NCBI RefSeq assembly: GCF_001194135.2
Contig: NC_068985.1
Span: 66,250,226-66,306,082 of the forward strand
DNA length: 55,857 nt
Source of the DNA: Octopus bimaculoides
Taxonomy: Eukaryota
Direction of reading: 5' to 3'
The notes beneath the pieces are model-generated. The model ran no database searches. It saw only the letters and a program-made list of their open reading frames with translations, and was not told where the DNA came from. The translations under genes were made by a program, and so were the position numbers. This document shows, in pieces, positions 49,149 through 55,857 of this stretch (positions are counted from its first letter, which is position 1; every line of letters begins with the position of its first letter).

Positions 49149-50419
49149 TTGGGTTGGCAAGAAAGTAATTTCGGTTTTTTAGTGTGAAATAAAAGTAATT
49201 TTTTTTCATACAGAGAATGAACTTTAATCATTTATATATTTTCCATTTTTTGGATGACCCTTTTGAAATCTTTCTGGCAACTTCATGATTCCACGCTTAC
49301 AGAACTTCTGGTCTTTATCAGCCAAAAACTGAAGCAAGTGTGATTTCAGGTCATCAACATTGTCGAAAGTTTTACCATTCAAAAAAGTTCGCAAACTTCG
49401 GAATAAATGGTAATCTGATGGTGCAAGTTCAGGGCTATATAGTGGATACGATATCACTTCTCAACCAAGTTCCAATAAGTTTTCACGAGTTAGCAAAGAC
49501 GTGTGTCGTCTAGCGTTGCCATGGTGGAACACGATTCCTTTACGATTTGCCAATTCTGGCCGTTTTTCTTTGATTGCTTTATCCAGTTATCCAGTTTCAT
49601 TAGTTATCGACAGTAAACATCTGGTTTGATCGTTTGGTTCCTTGGAAGCAGCTCAAAATACACAACACCTTTGTAATCCCACAGAATTGACAGCATTACC
49701 GTTTTTGATGCAATTCAGCTTTCGATGTGGTTTGTGCTGGTGCATTACGCTCGGACCATGATCGTTTTCGATTCATATTATTGTTGACAGTTTATTTTTC
49801 ATCACCAGTGATGATTCATTTAAAAAGAAAAAGGTCGATTTCATTGCATTTGAGATGCATATCGCAAATATTGATTGGTTGTGAAGTGAGTCTCTTCAAT
49901 TCACGTGGAATCCAAACATCGAGTTTCTTAACGAGTCCAATACATTTTAAGTGGTTTTTCAGTTGTGTCTGATACATTCGACCTCTCTGCAATCTCTCGC
50001 ACAGTTATACGACAATCAGATTCAATCATGGTTTTCATTCTGTCATCATCAACTTCAGTAGGTCAACCAGAAGGCTGGTTATCTTTGAGTGAAAAATCTC
50101 CAGAACGGGATTCTAAAGACCTTTTCTGACACGTACGTTCTGTCAAACAATCGACGCCATAAACTTCACATATCTTTTTGTGAGCCTCAGCGGCTTCCTT
50201 GCCTTTATGTAAGATAAAAAAAGCAAAATATGTCGAAAATATTCCTTTTGCACTCCATGTTAAAATTGACACTGAATTAACAGCTGCAAACAAAATTACA
50301 GTAACGGCTATCAAATGGTAAAGGCTATCAAATGTCAAAAGGAAAAATTCATAAATGAGATGAAAGCTGTTCGAATGTCAGAAAGTATGTGAGACTGAAC
50401 ATTTTATTCCCAATCTAAT
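49149..50419 (-). mobile_element. Near full-length degenerate mariner (mellifera-like)
   Basis: TA|TTGGGTTGGCAAGAAAGTAATT TIR; HKGKEAAEAHKKICEVYGVDCLTERTCQ; YSPELAPSDYHLFRSL..GIMKLPERF..NGKYI. Confidence 0.9.
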
Positions 50420-50534
50420 TGTATATGTCTACACTGTGAGTTCAACGTTAACCAGAGTTTGGTCCCGATGTTGATTATTTTTCTGTATTCCTAAGTGCAG
50501 GATATGAAAGGATGTGTATTCACAATTTCTCACA

Positions 50535-50735
50535 ATTATCTGTTCTTAAGGATATCTTTCATTTGTTTCAATCAGTGGAATGCAGCTATGCTTGGTCACC
50601 GCTCTGAAATGCTTAGTCGAGCAAATTTATCGCATTACATATTTTTGAAGCCTGTTGCTTACTGTATCGATTCTTTTTTTACCAAACCACTAAGTTAGGG
50701 CGACGTAAAAAAAAACGCCAGTTGTCAAGAGGGGG
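50535..50735 (-). mobile_element. SINE family B
   Basis: CCACTAAGTTAGGGCGACGTAAA and TTGTTTCAATCA..TGCAGCTATGCT match 52995-53205 in reverse. Confidence 0.7.
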
Positions 50736-50755
50736 GGGGGCAAATGCAAACACAC

Positions 50756-50803
<48 letters not shown>

Positions 50804-51216
50804 CTGCCTCTGCCTCTGCCTTTCTGTCTCTAATTCTCATATATATATATTTATATATATATATATATNNNNNNNNNNNNNNNNNNNNNNNNNNNNNNNN
50901 NNNNNNNNNNNNNNNNNNNNNNNNNNNNNNNNNNNNNNNNNNNNNNNNNNNNNNNNNNNNNNNNNNNNNNNNNNNNNNNNNNNNNNNNNNNNNNNNNNNN
51001 NNNNNNNNNNNNNNNNNNNNNNNNNNNNNNNNNNNNNNNNNNNNNNNNNNNNNNNNNNNNNNNNNNNNNNNNNNNNNNNNNNNNNNNNNNNNNNNNNNNN
51101 NNNNNNNNNNNNNNNNNNNNNNNNNNNNNNNNNNNNNNNNNNNNNNNNNNNNNNNNNNNNNNNNNNNNNNNNNNNNNNNNNNNNNNNNNNNNNNNNNNNN
51201 NNNNNNNNNNNNNNNN

Positions 51217-51320
51217 NTGACCCGGGGCTATAGAGCTCGTCAAAGTTGTCATGCAGTGAGACTGAACCCGAAACCATGTGCTGGGGAAGCAAATTTCTTA
51301 CCACACAACCACACCTGCAA
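51217..51320 (-). mobile_element. SINE family A
   Basis: GACTGAACCCGAAACCATGTG..GGGAAGCAA..TTCTTACCACAC. Confidence 0.75.
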
Positions 51321-52069
51321 CTATACGTCGAATAGTCACATCGAATTTGTTAAATTTTAATGGAAATAATATTCCAATGAATGAATTTTAAAAGAAACAA
51401 TGTCCCGGCAAGCCTGGCTAAGATATAGTTTCAAAATACTTAAATATTTGCGAGTCGAACGTTTAAACGTTTATTAGTTTATTTTGTATAGTGAGACAGA
51501 TATATTTAAGAGTAAGAACAGCTAATACTGTTTCGTAAGTATACTAGCTTAATATCTACAGGTGTTTCTGTTCTTTGCAATTTTATTAGACCGTCAATTT
51601 GTCAGTGCTCTGTAGATAGTGTGAAGCTACACGATTCCATAAGTTAACTCATAATTTTCTGGGTTTTTCCCCAATAATCCATCATTTTGGCAAATAAGTA
51701 ATATTTTATTAGAAGCATTAAAGGATTAACCAATTTTAGGTTGAAATCGAAGGCATTGAAAGAAGATTTCTTTTCCATATATACGGTAATAGTTTAAATG
51801 CAATGGTTGTTTGCATTAATGAACTGGATCCTACTGTATTATCCTGTCGTTGAAAAATATCTGCTTCCCTTTATCCTCATAGATAAGTGTGAAATTTTAC
51901 ATAATTTGTTTGAATGATTCTATTGATTTCATAAAACATAATTCAATTGCATTTTATTTTAATAAATTAAAACCTGAGCAATTAAAACCTGATAAGTTGA
52001 CTTCAGTGTTGTTTAATACCGATTATGTAGGTAAGTACTCAGGCAACATATATACTATACATAAATATA

Positions 52070-52228
52070 TAGGAATGTCTGTGTGGCAAGAAGCTTGCTT
52101 CCCAACCACATGGTTCCGTGTTCGGTCCCACTGCGTGGAACCTTGGGCTAGTGCCCTCTACTACAGCCTTGGGCCAACCGAAGCCTTGTGAGATTTGGTA
52201 GTCGGAAACTGAAAAATCCCGTTGTATA
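52070..52228 (+). mobile_element. SINE family A
   Basis: TGTGGCAAGAAGCTTGCTTCCCAACCACATGGTTCC..CCTTGGGC..GGAAACTGAA, then (TA)n. Confidence 0.85.
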
Positions 52229-52994
52229 TATATATATATATANNNNNNNNNNNNNNNNNNNNNNNNNNNNNNNNNNNNNNNNNNNNNNNNNNNNNNNNNN
52301 NNNNNNNNNNNNNNNNNNNNNNNNNNNNNNNNNNNNNNNNNNNNNNNNNNNNNNNNNNNNNNNNNNNNNNNNNNNNNNNNNNNNNNNNNNNNNNNNNNNN
52401 NNNNNNNNNNNNNNNNNNGTATTCGCCTTTATATATTTATATATTTAATCCTTTATATTGAACACTCAATATTTCATATATTCAATAAGACATATTCCAT
52501 ATATTCAATAAGACATTCAATACTTCATTTCACTGTACCATCCATCTCTTTTTTTATATTATATATTATATATTCCATATTCTATATCCCACATAAATTT
52601 TACAAGAATATAAATAAAAAACATAAAAAACAGACAGAGTTGGAACTCTTTTAAATAAAATAATATATATATATATTTAACCCCCTACCGAAAGATGAAC
52701 AATTATCACCCCTGTCCACAATAATAACGATAACCAATTACCTCCCCTTATGTTTTTCTACTTGTTGAACAATTCATTCCTAAACTCCACACACAACGCA
52801 GACAAAATGTTTCTTAAGAAAATACGCATTTAAATAAATTTTAATGTCATGCGAAAGTCAAGCCGGTCGACAAACACAATATAAGATATATTAAATATTA
52901 TATTAAAATTATATAAAGTATGTGCATTTTCCTTCATTAATTTCTTACACACACACATCACATACATATATATATACATATACATATGCATGTA

Positions 52995-53205
52995 TTTGTG
53001 TGACTGTGTTTGTCACTCTACCGTCGCTTGACAGCCGATGTTGGTGTATTTACGTCCCCGTAACTTAGCGGTCCGGCAAAAGATGCCGATAGAATAAATA
53101 CTAGGCTTACGAAGAATAAGTCCAGGGTTCAACTTGTTCCATTAAAGGCGCTGCACCTGCATGGCTGCAGTCAAAATGACTGAAACAAATAAAAGAATAA
53201 AAGAA
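52995..53205 (+). mobile_element. SINE family B
   Basis: TTTACGTCCCCGTAACTTAGCGG..GATAGAATAAATACTAGG..TGACTGAAACAAATAAAAGAA. Confidence 0.75.
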
Positions 53206-53206
53206 T

Positions 53207-53278
53207 ATAGATAGATAGACAGACAGATAGGTAAGTAGATAGATAGATAAATAGAAAGATAGTTAGATAGATAGATAA

Positions 53279-53344
<66 letters not shown>

Positions 53345-53345
53345 C
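53207..53345. repeat. (GATA)n microsatellite
   Basis: Direct reading of the sequence. Confidence 0.98.
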
Positions 53346-54393
53346 TCCTCCTCAGACTTTGATTAAACTACGTCCAGGCGCCGACAAATAAAAAGCTGCT
53401 AACAATTTAGAAATCTTCAAAAGAAATGGCCTCCAGATTTATCAATCAGAGAAGTGACTTCCATGATCTATGATAAAGCTCTAACGCTACTGAAACAGCA
53501 GTTTCACATACACACTCGAATGTTTCATAGGGCGTAGATAATTCAAAATAGAAAGAAAAGGTAAAGGAAGATCATATCCTACATTTGATATTACGCTCTG
53601 CATGCAGGCAACGCACAGACCGCTCTCAACAAAGCTTTAAAACGTGTCATCCTACCTTTTCTAAGTGTTAAAATGAGTATTGTCATTTTTCTTAAGGGAA
53701 TAGAAGTAAAGCTACAAGCACAAATTAAAACTGAGTCGTCGATTCGGGTTCATGCAAAATTATCAACAGCGTTTATGTCCCCTATTATACACCACTTGTT
53801 AAAGCATATTTAAACGCCATGGAATTGAGAGTGCTTGATGGTCATAAAACTCGAATAATAAATGTATTTGTGGTTTACATGGGAATTTATCCAAGTAACT
53901 GGAAGAATCTGCTGGATGAATCTGCCTTTATCAGCTGATAGAACTTGAACTCATCATTTAAAAGCCAATACATACTATAAATATTAGTCAGCAATTCTTC
54001 ATTTAACACGAAATCCAGACGTTTTACGACCTTAAATATACCAGAATTTAAATCAAGTAGGATATATGTTTCATTCAAATCAGTCGAAATTAAAGATACC
54101 CGTGTTCCTTTTATTTAAGTCTGTGTTTGAAACTCAATCCCAGAGCATGTTTTAATTTAACAAAAATGTAGGGTTTGAAAGAATACATAGTTTGGTACCC
54201 CAGATAAACTATACGAGAAAGATATTTAAGAGTGATATAAAAAAATGGTTTTGATATAACACAATTCAATTAACATTGCGATACATTTTTCTTACCGTTA
54301 ATCTTAGCTCTCAGCAGCAATGTAGGATTTTTTCAAAGTTCAACATTGAATATAAATAACAGAAATCAGTTAGAAATACATATATATATATAT

Positions 54394-54437
<44 letters not shown>

Positions 54438-54439
54438 TG

Positions 54440-54472
<33 letters not shown>

Positions 54473-55120
54473 AATTTGTATATTAAAAAAAGGAGGCAGT
54501 CAGAAATTTGGATAATTATTTAGCTCTTTCATCCATTCGTGGGGACGTTTCAGAATAAATTGTCTGTAAAATTTCGTTGCTTTTTAGAAAGATCGTAAAG
54601 AATACAATAGGAGAAAGATAAAAACAGAAGGAAAAGGTAAAAGGAGGAGAGACGAGAAGATAGAAAAGGGTGAGATAAAAAAAGCAAGCAGGAAGGAAGA
54701 AAGAATGTATTTGGTTTGTGATTTACAGGTAGCTGGTGCTAATGACATTTCAATATGTCAATTTTGTTTTTTAGAAACAGGAAGCAGAACAAGAATAAAG
54801 AAGATAGAAAAGAAAGAAAAACAGAGAGGAAGATAGAGAAGAAATGGGTTTCTTTTCAATTGTATCGTATCAATGTGTTCTTGCAGTTTAATTACAGCTG
54901 AAGATGTCGAACTTGATCTAGTCATAGTTTTAGAAAGCATCTCTCTCTCTCTCACTGTCCCTCTCTTATTATGTACATATTAACATGTTTGTAAATATTT
55001 ATACATAAATTCACACATACCCATACACATATACATGTAAAACAATATGTGTGCATATACATACATATACATACATATATTCATACATAAGCGTTTCGAA
55101 GAACATACATATATATATTA

Positions 55121-55736
55121 GGAAAAGAATCTGAAAATGCAGGAGTCTTTTATTTATTACCTTAACCGGTTTCACTTATTTAAAAAGATGTTCGAAAGTA
55201 AAGTATGAAGCTTTGTGTATTGTTTGTGGTGTAAAAAATTATTTTACATAAATTTATTCAAATAAAGTGATAGAGTCTTTGACAATAACAAAATGTCTGA
55301 GGCTTTGTGTATCCTCTGTGATGAGACAAAACTTGTTTGCATAGAAACATTCAGATCACGTAATAAATTTTTTTACAATGATAAGAAGATAAAAATTAGT
55401 CTACATAAATATATTCAATGGATATATTTATGTAAACTAATTTTTGTCTTCTTATCATTGTAACAAACTTTATTGCGTGATCTGAATGGTTTTATGTTAA
55501 CTATTTTTTTACTCATCACACAGGATACACAAAACCTCAAAGTCTTTCTTCTCTTTGTCAAAGACTTTATCTCTTGATTTGAATACATTTATGTAAACTA
55601 ATATTTCACACCACAGAGAATACACAAGGCTTCAAGCTTTACTTATGAAAATCTTTTCAAATGAGAGAAAGTTAAGTTAAATAAATTAAGTTAATAAATA
55701 GTTTCAAAAGACTCCTGCATTTTCAGATTCTTTTCC
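55121..55736. mobile_element. PIF/Harbinger (Tourist)-like foldback MITE
   Basis: Perfect 31-bp TIRs GGAAAAGAATCTGAAAATGCAGGAGTCTTTT (55121-55151 / 55706-55736), TTA on both sides, and imperfect palindromy to the centre (~55418). Confidence 0.85.
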
Positions 55737-55784
55737 TTATACTTTTACCTGTGCGGTAACCACCAGCTCTCCACTGTTACACAC

Positions 55785-55795
55785 ACACGCACGCA

Positions 55796-55857
<62 letters not shown>
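55785..55857. repeat. (CA)n microsatellite
   Basis: Direct reading of the sequence. Confidence 0.98.

Overview
AT-rich, microsatellite-dense, gapped (many N runs) metazoan draft assembly. The SINE families and repeat landscape look like a coleoid cephalopod, most likely Octopus (inference, not database-checked). I found no intact protein-coding gene. Nearly all ORF-track entries are microsatellite/N artefacts or frameshifted transposon relics. The window is a TE graveyard: several Tc1/mariner relics (DD37D/maT, DD34D mariner, Tc3-like DD34E), a Buster-type hAT, pogo/Tigger MITEs, a PIF/Harbinger-like foldback MITE, tRNA-derived SINEs, and a ~8.5 kb pile-up of R4/Dong-like non-LTR retrotransposons in (TAA)n tracts (11.4-19.8 kb). 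The best signal is an apparently intact type I hammerhead ribozyme at 34942-35019, inside a ~350-nt direct-repeat-bounded unit (retrozyme/Penelope-like). Four degenerate minimal hammerhead-like motifs occur elsewhere. A Cys-rich exon candidate (CCG...PxxCC, tetraspanin-EC2-like) at 10.2-10.5 kb is the only host-gene-like trace. Most element boundaries were read by eye and are approximate (about +/-20 bp) unless a TIR or TSD is quoted.
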